Of a stretch of 64,000 nucleotides of DNA, positions 9,105-18,178 are shown piece by piece. Origin of the DNA: a virus. The translations under genes and the position numbers were made by a program. The stretch lies in the IMG/VR virus record IMGVR_UViG_3300027754_000075, positions 1 through 64,000 of that record; one strand, given 5' to 3'. Position 1 is the stretch's first letter; the number at the start of each line of letters is the position of its first letter. The notes below the pieces were generated by a model. The model searched no databases. It worked only from the letters and a program-made list of their open reading frames with translations, and had not been told where the DNA came from.

Positions 9105-9556
9105 TACTTCAACCCAAGTTCAGTTTCGGTTATTACCTTAAACTCCAATCTACGATCTTTACACCATTCATCTGCGGCATTCCATTTTGATTGATTGACT
9201 GCGTATGTCTGAACCTCATAAAGATATGATTTAGTCACTCTTGATTTTTGTTTAGGTGGTACTGTTTGTCTTTTTGGTTTCACTTCTATCACATAAGTCT
9301 TAATCTCTTCGTTACTTTCTTTAACTTTGATGATAAAATCCGGAAAGTATCTATGAACACGATTATCTACCGGAGAAACATAAGGAATCCAAAACTCTTC
9401 TGAACCATACTCCATAATATTTTCATTTCTATCACACCACTGCATAAATTTGAGTTCCCAAGAACTTCTGTATATGATATTATTCACGTCTCCTTTATAT
9501 TTCTGCGGATTTTGAGGGTGAAATCTACCCTGATGGTATTTTCCGTCTCTTGGCAT
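9104..9556 (-). CDS. gp4: head completion nuclease gp4 (TnsA-like fold)
   Basis: PQNPQKYKGD, YRSSWE, SEEFWIPY, HRYFPDF, IEVKP, NQSKW. Confidence 0.92.
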   Translation of the reverse strand: MPRDGKYHQGRFHPQNPQKYKGDVNNIIYRSSWELKFMQWCDRNENIMEYGSEEFWIPYVSPVDNRVHRYFPDFIIKVKESNEEIKTYVIEVKPKRQTVPPKQKSRVTKSYLYEVQTYAVNQSKWNAADEWCKDRRLEFKVITETELGLK

Positions 9557-9573
9557 TTCCTAACTACATAATA

Positions 9574-9593
9574 TATAAGTACAAGTATTTATA
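9574..9593. promoter_or_regulatory. divergent late promoters for gp4 and gp54
   Basis: Perfect TATAAATA on the minus strand (9586-9593) and TATAAGTA on the plus strand (9574-9581), in a 38-bp divergent spacer. Confidence 0.6.
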
Positions 9594-9594
9594 G

Positions 9595-10440
9595 ATGCCT
9601 GCAAAAGTTAGTGTAGATAAAATTAAGGCAAATCTACTTCAACCAGCACTTACATCACATTTTATTGTTGATATACCTTTTCCAAAGTATGGTACAAGTG
9701 AAGGTGGGTTTGGACAATATTTAATTTCTAATGGTGTGAAGTATGATGGAGAAAAGTTGAGATTGTTGTGCTCAGAAGCAACTTTGCCCGGTTCATCACT
9801 CGCAACTCACGAAAATAATAGTGATTTTACTGGAGTGACCGAAAAATTTGCCTATCGTAGATTATATGATGATAGAATTGATTTTACTTTTTATGTTGAT
9901 GCCGAGAATTATCTTCCAATTAGATTTTTTGAATCCTGGATTAAATATATTATTGGAGAAAGTATTGCATCAGGTGCTGGTAGAATTTCATCAAAAAAAC
10001 CAGAGTACTTTTATCGGGCCCGGTATCCAGAGTATTATATTGCTGAACAAGGACTCACAATTACTAAATTTGAAAGAACTTCAAAAAATAAAAAGAGTGC
10101 TGATCACGAGGGCAATACTTTAATTTATAATTTTGTGAATTCATATCCAATATCAATCACATCAATGCCGGTTTCTTATGATGCATCTTCATTACTAAAA
10201 TGTACCGTATCCTTTAGTTATATTCGATATTATGTCGGGGCTAAAGATTACCCATCTACACCAGAGTCTTCATCAAGATCTCCAAATGGAGCAGCAGATA
10301 GTCCATTTACAGGAGCACAATTAGATAATATAGAGGCACTTGATATTGAATATACTCAAGCACTAGCATCAGGAAATAATGATAGAATTGAGGCAGCAGA
10401 TATTGCAGTAACTCAATTCCAACAATCAATACGAAGATAA
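9595..10440 (+). CDS. baseplate tail-tube initiator (gp54/gp19-like)
   Basis: LCSEATLPG, FTFYVD..Y...FFESW, YNFVNSYPISI...VSY, TVSFSY: tail-tube fold signatures. Confidence 0.75.
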   Translation: MPAKVSVDKIKANLLQPALTSHFIVDIPFPKYGTSEGGFGQYLISNGVKYDGEKLRLLCSEATLPGSSLATHENNSDFTGVTEKFAYRRLYDDRIDFTFYVDAENYLPIRFFESWIKYIIGESIASGAGRISSKKPEYFYRARYPEYYIAEQGLTITKFERTSKNKKSADHEGNTLIYNFVNSYPISITSMPVSYDASSLLKCTVSFSYIRYYVGAKDYPSTPESSSRSPNGAADSPFTGAQLDNIEALDIEYTQALASGNNDRIEAADIAVTQFQQSIRR

Positions 10441-10490
10441 CCTCCAATATTCTAATCTAAATAATCATAACTGAAATTCTATAGGTCATT

Positions 10491-11210
10491 ATGCCTTTAC
10501 CAAAACCCACGACACCGATTTACGAACTTGAGTTGCCTTCTACTGGTGAATCAATTAAATACAGACCCTTTCTTGTTAAAGAAGAAAAGGTGCTGTTGAT
10601 TGCACTAGAGAGTGAAGATACTAAACAGATTACTACTGCAATCAAAACTGTAATTAAGAGTTGTATTATTACTAAAAATATTAAAGTGGAATCACTTCCA
10701 ACTTTTGATATTGAATATTTGTTCTTAAATATTCGTGGTAAATCTGTGGGAGAAGAGATTGAAGTAAATATCATCTGCCCAGATGATGAAGAAACAAATA
10801 CTCTCGTAAAGATTGATTTGGATTCAATCAAGGTTCAAAAGAACGAAGATCATACCAATCAAATTAAGATTGATTCTACAATTATGATGGAAATGAAGTA
10901 TCCATCTTTGGAGCAATTTATTAAGACTAACTTTGATTTTAAAAATGATAATACGATGGATCAATCTTTTGATTTGATTAGTTCTTGTATTGATAAAATT
11001 TATACAGAAGAAGAAGTGTGGATTGCTGCTGATGTTACAAAAAAAGAACTAATTGACTTTTTGGAGCAATTAAATTCTTCACAGTTTAAGCAAATTGAAA
11101 AGTTCTTTGAGACTATGCCCAGACTTTCTCATAAAATCAAAGTTACAAATCCAAAGACCGAAGTTGAAAGTGAAGTTATTTTAGAAGGGTTAGCAAGTTT
11201 TTTCGCATAG
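10491..11210 (+). CDS. gp26: baseplate hub assembly protein gp26
   Basis: MPLPK...YELELPS, YRPFLVKEEK, FDIEYLFLNIRGKSVGE, FFETMP, LEGLASFF. Confidence 0.9.
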   Translation: MPLPKPTTPIYELELPSTGESIKYRPFLVKEEKVLLIALESEDTKQITTAIKTVIKSCIITKNIKVESLPTFDIEYLFLNIRGKSVGEEIEVNIICPDDEETNTLVKIDLDSIKVQKNEDHTNQIKIDSTIMMEMKYPSLEQFIKTNFDFKNDNTMDQSFDLISSCIDKIYTEEEVWIAADVTKKELIDFLEQLNSSQFKQIEKFFETMPRLSHKIKVTNPKTEVESEVILEGLASFFA

Positions 11211-11221
11211 CCCTGGTCCAC

Positions 11222-11386
11222 ATGGACCTTGAGAATTATTTTCGTCTTAACTTTGCCCTAATGCAATATCATAAATATTCACTTACAGAAATTGAAAATA
11301 TGATACCTTGGGAAAGGGATATTTACGTTGAATTATTAAAACAACATTTAGAAGAAGAAAAACTCAAACAACAACAAAATGGATAA
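11222..11386 (+). CDS. gp51: gp51-like baseplate hub assembly catalyst (not in ORF track; possibly expressed as a frameshift extension of gp26)
   Basis: 54 aa MDLENYFRLNFALMQYHKYSLTEIENMIPWERDIYVELLKQHLEEEK...; in the -1 frame relative to gp26. Confidence 0.8.
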   Translation: MDLENYFRLNFALMQYHKYSLTEIENMIPWERDIYVELLKQHLEEEKLKQQQNG

Positions 11387-13760
11387 TCAATCATCAACAG
11401 GAGGATCTATAGTTGCCGTCAAAAAGAACGGTGAAGATCTTGTTGATGAACAAATTGACGAAAGAATTTTAAGACTTCTAGGACTTGAATATATTTTTGA
11501 TATTGATTATGATACATATACGTCTCTTCTAAAGGAGAAGATGGTTGCTGCCAGAATGGCAAAGACTCAAATTCCTACAGAAGAGGCAGAACTTCTTACG
11601 AATGAATATAAAAAGATTAGAGGAAAGAAAGGTAGGTTTAAGGTTAAAAAGATTACATCAGATAGTTTTAAAAAAGGAAGTGCAGTTGGAATTAATTTAG
11701 GAAAACAAAAGGCACTTATAGGAAAACCACAATTAGCACTTCCTCCTGCTGATAAGATGACGGGAGGAAATGATATAAAAGAAATTATTGATGCTCTTGC
11801 TGAAATAATTAAAAGTCTTACGAGTCAAAATAAACTTGCAAAGGATTCTGCAGAAAAATCTAGAATTGCTGGAGAAGCAGGACAGAGAGGTGAAAAAGAA
11901 TCAAAATTAGAGAAGGGATTTAAGTTTGCAATCAAGGCAGCAGAAAAGATTATTGCTCCCATTAAATCTTTGCTTGATAGAATTATTGATTTCTTTGTTG
12001 CTATTTTTGTCGGAAGAGCACTGATTAAACTCTTAGATTGGTTTAGTGATTCTAAAAATCAAGACAAAATCAAAGCAATTGGTAGATTTTTAGGAGACCA
12101 GTGGCCTAAACTTCTTGCTCTTTATATAATGTTCGGAACTGGTTTAGGAAAGTTTGTTGGATTTTTAACCAAGATTGTTATTCGTGGAGGTATTAAACTT
12201 GCAGCTGCTGCAGCAGGATTATTAGCAAAGGCAGGTGTCGGAAAGGCAGCAGGAGCAGCAAAGTTTCTTGGTGGAAAATATGGAAAACTTTTAGGAGCAG
12301 GATTAGAACTTACTGCAACTGTCGGCACCACAATGGCCGTAAGTAAAGGTATTGAAAATTTTGGTGGAATTGGTGGAGAAGAACAAAAGACTCAAGGATA
12401 TTCTGGTGGTGGATTTGTAATTCCAAAGTTTGCCGGTGGTGGGTTAAACTTTAAAGGTATGATGGGTGGTGCCGGAATGGGTTCTATGTTTGGACCTCTT
12501 GGTATGTTACTGGGTGCTGGTCTTGGGTCTGGAAAAATTCAAGAAACTGTGAGTGGTCTGATTGGGGGACAAAAAGGTGTAGATAAAGTTCCGGCAATGC
12601 TCACGGATGGTGAGTTTGTAATGTCTCGTGGTGCCGTGCAGAAGTATGGTGTGGATACTCTGGAGTCAATGAATGCTGCTGGTGGAGGAACTAATCAACC
12701 AAAGATTGTTTCTGGAACCACTTATGCTGCTGGTGGTGGGATGATTGGTGGTAAACCTATGAATAAATCATCAAGTTCTCCTATTGAACCAAAGATTCCT
12801 ACATTATCTCCAATTAATTTATCATCTTCCAGTTCTTCTAATGTAAATGTAGGTTCAGGAAATAATGCAATTGATATATCTGCAAATTTAATTAAAAAAG
12901 AGGAGGCACTTTCTTCGTTATCTCCAGGAAAAAATGACTATATTGTTCCTGGAGGAAAAAGTGTAGTTAGTGGAACTGACTGGTCTAATATTGGTCCAAA
13001 GACTAAAATTTATGCATATCCAGATAGTAAAGGAATTCCAACAATAGGTTGGGGAGCAACTTTTTATGATGGGATTACAAGTGGGACAAAATCTGTTAAA
13101 TTAGGAGATTCAATTACAAAAGAAAATGCAGATAAGACACTTGCAAATAATATTGGAATTTTGGCAAAAAAATATTCTAAAGAAATTGCAAATTGGTCAA
13201 AAATGTCTCCTCAACAACAATCTGCAATTCTATCAATTGGATATAATGCAGGACCAAATGCACCATTAGGAGCATATCCAAAATTATCTGCGGCAATTAA
13301 ATCTGGAAATATGGTTGAGGTTGCAAATAATATTACTCGTGATGGCCCAAGTGCAGAAAGAATTGCAAACGAAAAAAAACTTTTACTATCTGGACCCAAA
13401 GATCTGACAAAACAAACCACAGCACCATCAAAAATAACGACTCCAATTGCAAAAAATCAACCAAATATGTTTCAAAAATTTGGTTCAGCAATCTCATCAA
13501 TAATGTCTCCCTCAGCATTAGCTGAGCAACCTTCAGCATCTTCTAAATTAAATCCTGCTCAGATACAAACTCAAAATAATGTTCCAAAAATAAACCCACC
13601 ATCAAAATCAAAAGTAAAGGTTGTTTATGCAACATCACCTGGTGGTATACCAAAATTAAATACTTCTTCTGGTGCATCTCCATCAGTCCCTTCTTTTAGT
13701 GCAGTACATCCAAATTCTGAAAGCAGAAGAAGAAATGCTGCCGTTCTTGGAGTTAAGTAA
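11379..13760 (+). CDS. tape-measure/hub-like virion protein with GH24-type lysozyme domain
   Basis: Helical Ala/Gly-rich N-half; DKVPAMLTDGEFV motif; lysozyme motif AYPDSKGIPTIGWG...ITKENAD...AILSIGYNAG. Confidence 0.7.
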   Translation: MDNQSSTGGSIVAVKKNGEDLVDEQIDERILRLLGLEYIFDIDYDTYTSLLKEKMVAARMAKTQIPTEEAELLTNEYKKIRGKKGRFKVKKITSDSFKKGSAVGINLGKQKALIGKPQLALPPADKMTGGNDIKEIIDALAEIIKSLTSQNKLAKDSAEKSRIAGEAGQRGEKESKLEKGFKFAIKAAEKIIAPIKSLLDRIIDFFVAIFVGRALIKLLDWFSDSKNQDKIKAIGRFLGDQWPKLLALYIMFGTGLGKFVGFLTKIVIRGGIKLAAAAAGLLAKAGVGKAAGAAKFLGGKYGKLLGAGLELTATVGTTMAVSKGIENFGGIGGEEQKTQGYSGGGFVIPKFAGGGLNFKGMMGGAGMGSMFGPLGMLLGAGLGSGKIQETVSGLIGGQKGVDKVPAMLTDGEFVMSRGAVQKYGVDTLESMNAAGGGTNQPKIVSGTTYAAGGGMIGGKPMNKSSSSPIEPKIPTLSPINLSSSSSSNVNVGSGNNAIDISANLIKKEEALSSLSPGKNDYIVPGGKSVVSGTDWSNIGPKTKIYAYPDSKGIPTIGWGATFYDGITSGTKSVKLGDSITKENADKTLANNIGILAKKYSKEIANWSKMSPQQQSAILSIGYNAGPNAPLGAYPKLSAAIKSGNMVEVANNITRDGPSAERIANEKKLLLSGPKDLTKQTTAPSKITTPIAKNQPNMFQKFGSAISSIMSPSALAEQPSASSKLNPAQIQTQNNVPKINPPSKSKVKVVYATSPGGIPKLNTSSGASPSVPSFSAVHPNSESRRRNAAVLGVK

Positions 13761-13763
13761 GAT

Positions 13764-16763
13764 ATGGAAACTCCAAAGTTATCTCCTGCAAAAATAAATC
13801 CAACAAAACTTTTACCAGGAATATCTATATCTACAAAAAAAATATCTACAGAAAGTCTTCAGGAAGAAAGTGTTAGTGTACTTAAAAGTGATTTGTTTAT
13901 TATCAAAAAGCAAGTCTTTAAGGTTCGTGATTTAATTCAGACTTCTACACTTATAAAGCAGTCAGAACTTGAAAAGAAAAGAAAATCAACAGAAAAAAAA
14001 GAAGCAGAAAAACAAGAAAATAAGTTAGAGGCAAAACCAGAAGAAAAAAAAGACAAACTAAAAATGCCTTCTATGCCAAAACTTGGGTTTTTGGATAGAA
14101 TTAAGAACTTTCTTTTTTCAGTTCTTCTTGGATATATCTCAATTAAACTTTTACCACATCTTCCAAAACTTGTAGGTATTGTAAGTATTATTGGAAATGT
14201 GATGGAGTTTATGATAGATTTGGGTGGAAATATATTAGATAAAGTAGTCACATTTATTGATTGGGGATATAAGGCAATAGATGCGACTCGTGGATTTATG
14301 AAAAGTTTTGGTGGAGACTTTTCATTAAAAATCTTTGATACTTTTACTGGTGCCGTGAGTGGTGTGATTGATGCTGCGATTATTGCAGCACTTGCCCTCT
14401 CTACTCAAGGTATGGGGGGTGGAGGTGGTCCTGATGGTGGAAAGGGTGGAGGTCCTCTAAAAAGTGGAAAACAACTCTGGAAAGAATATGATCAAAAAAG
14501 AGCATTCATAAGAAAAAAACACGGAGATGCTGCTGCAAGAATATATGATAATGAAATATCAAATGGTAAAACTCCAAAACAAGCATTTGAAAATCTCAAG
14601 AAAAGATACATTTCGAAAGGAAAAATAGTATCACAAAGGCAATTGGGTCTTGGGGAAATTAAAGGAAGTAAACTTTTTGGTAAAGGAATTGATAAAGTAC
14701 CTGGTAGATTGGCAACAAGAATCCTTGGGAGAAGTGGTAAGAAAGCAGTTCTTGGATTTGCAAAACCTTTTCTAAAACGACTTCCTATTATTGGAGCACT
14801 AATTGATTTTGGTTTATCTGTTGCTCTTGGAGAAGACCCAGGTAGAGCAGCATTTAAAGCAATCGGTGCAGGTCTTCTTGGATTTGTTGGTGCTGCTATT
14901 GGTACAGTAGTCCCTGTTGCAGGAAATCTTGTAGGTGGTATAATTGGTGGAATTGCTGGTGATGCACTTGGTGGAGCACTTTATGATATGTTCTTTGGTG
15001 GTAAAAAACCAAAAGCACAAAAATCTCAAACAGTAAAAGCAGCAGGTGGTGGCCCTGCTCCAGTAACCAGAGGTAATAAAATCGTTGGAGGAGCAGTTAA
15101 GAGAACCATATCAAGGAAACCTGTTAAAAGAGGAGTAAAGGTTCAGGTTACAAAAGTTAAACCTGGTAGTTCTATTGGTGGAAAGAAAAAGATTGAAAAG
15201 ATATTTCCAGAGGTGCCAACAAAGGATAAGGGTAAAAATGTAAACCCTCTTGGTTATATGCAATCTTCTTATAATATTGCAACAAAAACTCCTTCCTTTG
15301 GAGCACTTTTTGCACTTCCACTCAAGGCACAACTTGGAGAAAAACCAAGTTCTGTGGATTATATGAAGGCAGCAGAAGAATTGTCCGGATGGATGCAGAA
15401 TACTTTTAGAGGCACTGCCGGATATGCTGGTGGTGGAAAAGTAGAGGCAGGAATGTTTGGTGGTGAGGATACAACAAATGTAATCGCAAAATCTTTAGAA
15501 GAAAATATTTCATCAAAGGTTGATGCTGCAATTAAAGAGTTGCAAAAGCAATTGATGTTAAAAGAAGGAGAAAAGGAAACTGGTCAAAAGAAAACTGGTC
15601 CTGATGAAGGTGCTATGGGAACCGGGGAATATTCTCCAGAAGGTCTTCAGGGTGAAATATACCAATATCTTCTTTCAAAAGGACTGGACGATACCCATGC
15701 TCTGGGTCTGATGGCAAATATATCCAGAGAAAGTGGATTTAGACCTGGAGTTGAAGAAGAAGGTGGTGGAGGTGGAGTTGGATTATTTCAATATACTAAT
15801 GAACCAAGAAAAGGTAATTTTTTAAAAGCAGTTCCAAACTATAAAACAAATTGGAAGGGTCAAATTGATTATGCTCTCAAAGAACCAGGAGAACCAGGTC
15901 CACAGTGGATTGCTATGAAGTTTTCTTCACCACAAGAAGCAGCAGATTGGTTTATGAGAAAATGGGAGAGACCTGCAGAATATATTCAAAACACAGAAGG
16001 ACCCAAAATACACGCAGAGTATATTAAAAGTCTTGAAAAATATAAAAGTAAAACTGGAAACGGATATAATTTACCATCTGCAGATATTGGAAGTAAAGGT
16101 AATGCTGTTCAATATGTTACTGGAGATGTAAATTATAAAGGAGATGGGCAACAATTTTATTATGATCTTGCTGGTCATGGATTGCCTGGAAATTATCATG
16201 ATCATATTGCTTTTGCTACGATTGCAGATAAAGAAATAGCAAAGAAAAAACTAAGAGCAGCAAATATCGAAACTGGAAGTGAATATAGAGCAGGAGATCC
16301 TGGATATCACGGTAAAAATTTGGCAGTTGATGTTCCGGGGGGTCAATGGGGTGGGTCTGGTGCAATTGGACAAAAAGAATTTGCTGGATCTAGAAAGGTA
16401 AGACAAGTTTTAGGAATAGGAGCATACTTAAAAGGTGGGAGAGTTACAAAAACCACTCTTGCAACTCTTGCCGAAGACGGAAGACCAGAATTTGTTTTTG
16501 ATGCTGACACCACAAAGGGATTGGATTTCCTTGCACCAAATCTCTTGGAATATTTGAATGCTGCAAAAACTAAGACTCAATTAATGAGCATTCTTCAATC
16601 TTATGCGGGATATGAAGATGGTGCAGAGCAGACGGTGATTGTAATGAATAATCCTCAAATGATTCCAATACCAATTCCAACAGGAAATTCTGGTTCAATT
16701 GGTGGTATGAGTCGTTCATCCAGTATAGATACAACATATGATACTCAATATGCAAATGCATAA
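13764..16763 (+). CDS. second tape-measure-like virion protein with phage tail lysozyme domain
   Basis: Hydrophobic Gly/Ala helices; ALGLMANISRESGF...GVGLFQY...GQIDY...AADWFMRKWERP (Phage_lysozyme2-like); AEDGRPEFV. Confidence 0.7.
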   Translation: METPKLSPAKINPTKLLPGISISTKKISTESLQEESVSVLKSDLFIIKKQVFKVRDLIQTSTLIKQSELEKKRKSTEKKEAEKQENKLEAKPEEKKDKLKMPSMPKLGFLDRIKNFLFSVLLGYISIKLLPHLPKLVGIVSIIGNVMEFMIDLGGNILDKVVTFIDWGYKAIDATRGFMKSFGGDFSLKIFDTFTGAVSGVIDAAIIAALALSTQGMGGGGGPDGGKGGGPLKSGKQLWKEYDQKRAFIRKKHGDAAARIYDNEISNGKTPKQAFENLKKRYISKGKIVSQRQLGLGEIKGSKLFGKGIDKVPGRLATRILGRSGKKAVLGFAKPFLKRLPIIGALIDFGLSVALGEDPGRAAFKAIGAGLLGFVGAAIGTVVPVAGNLVGGIIGGIAGDALGGALYDMFFGGKKPKAQKSQTVKAAGGGPAPVTRGNKIVGGAVKRTISRKPVKRGVKVQVTKVKPGSSIGGKKKIEKIFPEVPTKDKGKNVNPLGYMQSSYNIATKTPSFGALFALPLKAQLGEKPSSVDYMKAAEELSGWMQNTFRGTAGYAGGGKVEAGMFGGEDTTNVIAKSLEENISSKVDAAIKELQKQLMLKEGEKETGQKKTGPDEGAMGTGEYSPEGLQGEIYQYLLSKGLDDTHALGLMANISRESGFRPGVEEEGGGGGVGLFQYTNEPRKGNFLKAVPNYKTNWKGQIDYALKEPGEPGPQWIAMKFSSPQEAADWFMRKWERPAEYIQNTEGPKIHAEYIKSLEKYKSKTGNGYNLPSADIGSKGNAVQYVTGDVNYKGDGQQFYYDLAGHGLPGNYHDHIAFATIADKEIAKKKLRAANIETGSEYRAGDPGYHGKNLAVDVPGGQWGGSGAIGQKEFAGSRKVRQVLGIGAYLKGGRVTKTTLATLAEDGRPEFVFDADTTKGLDFLAPNLLEYLNAAKTKTQLMSILQSYAGYEDGAEQTVIVMNNPQMIPIPIPTGNSGSIGGMSRSSSIDTTYDTQYANA

Positions 16764-16777
16764 CAGACATTAATCAA

Positions 16778-18127
16778 ATGGCATCAGAAAAAACTGTATT
16801 AAGACAAGTCAGAGAAGTCAACATTGCTCAATGTATCATTGAGTCAAATACTGGTGGTGATCAAAAAGATATTGTAGATTTAATTACGGACATTTATTAT
16901 TATGAAAGCATTCTTGAACCGTCAATTCGCACAAATATCATTTATGTAGATACCGGAAAAACAATTCAAAAAGGTCAAACTACACAAACATTAATTGAAG
17001 GACTTCCACTTCAGGGAACAGAATCTGTTAAAATTAAAATCACCGATGGTAATGATGTCAAACTTGAGTTTGAGCAGTTTGTAACTCAAATTGTTCCGGT
17101 TGGACAAGACACAACAAAATCTGTGGTAACTCTTGATTTGGTTTCGGAAGAGGGAATTATTAATTATAAAACAAAGATAAATCAAAGATTTGATGGTAAA
17201 ATTTCAGAACACGTCAAAAAAATTTTAACAGATAAACAATATCTGGGAACAGAAAAGAAATTGGATATTGAGGCAACAGAAAATACTTATAATTTTATTG
17301 GAAATCAAAAAAGACCTTTTTACTCTATTTTATGGTTAGCAAAAAAATCAATTCCATCTCTTCAAGGAGCAAAACAAAATACTGCAGGATATTTTTTCTA
17401 TGAAACTTCAGAGGGATTTAAATTTAAATCTATTGATTCTTTATTAAGTCAAGAAAAAAAGAAATCTTTCATTTACAATCAAACTCCAGATAGTGTTGGT
17501 GAAAATCTTCCCTCTGGATATTCTGCAAAAATTTTAGAACATAGTGTTGATGATGTAAGTGGTGATATTCAATCAAAATTATCAATGGGAACTTACTCAA
17601 CAAGGACAATTCTTTTTGACCCTTTTAATTGTTATTATGAGGTAATCACCAAAGATGCTGAGGAAACAGAACAAAATCTTAAACTTGCAGGAAAAAATCT
17701 TCCAAAACTCAATCCAAGATTTATTCGTGAAGGTCAAAAACAAGAATACTCAAGAACTCAATATATGTTAGTTGATAAAGGAACTTTACCTACAGGAGAT
17801 ACGAAACAACAAATTACAAAATCTACAGAACCAAATTTTGATCCAAAAAATATTTTAAATCAGTCTGTAATGAGATATAATCAAATGTTCAATACCAAGA
17901 CAAACATTACAATTACTGCAGATTTTAGTTTACACGCAGGAGATATAATTTTTATAGATTCTCCAGAACTTTCAAATAAGAATACTCAAGAACTTAATAA
18001 ACAATTTGGTGGTAATTATTTGATTGCCGACCTCTGTCACTATATTAATATACTAAAGGGTGGATATACAAAATTAACCTTGGTTCGTGATTCACTTGGT
18101 AAAACTGGATCTTTCACAAATGATTGA
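16778..18127 (+). CDS. baseplate hub protein (gp27-like)
   Basis: YYESI, GYFFYETSEGFKFKSIDSL, SLHAGDII, GNYLIADLCH...TKLTLVRDS; precedes gp5. Confidence 0.7.
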   Translation: MASEKTVLRQVREVNIAQCIIESNTGGDQKDIVDLITDIYYYESILEPSIRTNIIYVDTGKTIQKGQTTQTLIEGLPLQGTESVKIKITDGNDVKLEFEQFVTQIVPVGQDTTKSVVTLDLVSEEGIINYKTKINQRFDGKISEHVKKILTDKQYLGTEKKLDIEATENTYNFIGNQKRPFYSILWLAKKSIPSLQGAKQNTAGYFFYETSEGFKFKSIDSLLSQEKKKSFIYNQTPDSVGENLPSGYSAKILEHSVDDVSGDIQSKLSMGTYSTRTILFDPFNCYYEVITKDAEETEQNLKLAGKNLPKLNPRFIREGQKQEYSRTQYMLVDKGTLPTGDTKQQITKSTEPNFDPKNILNQSVMRYNQMFNTKTNITITADFSLHAGDIIFIDSPELSNKNTQELNKQFGGNYLIADLCHYINILKGGYTKLTLVRDSLGKTGSFTND

Positions 18128-18178
18128 TCTTAACCTGTTAAATAGTCATAATCAAAAAATTATATCTATGAGCATCAA

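Noticed and set aside
9104-9556. TnsA-like nuclease as a transposon gene
   Set aside because: Matches head completion protein gp4 in its usual context; no other transposon genes or ends.
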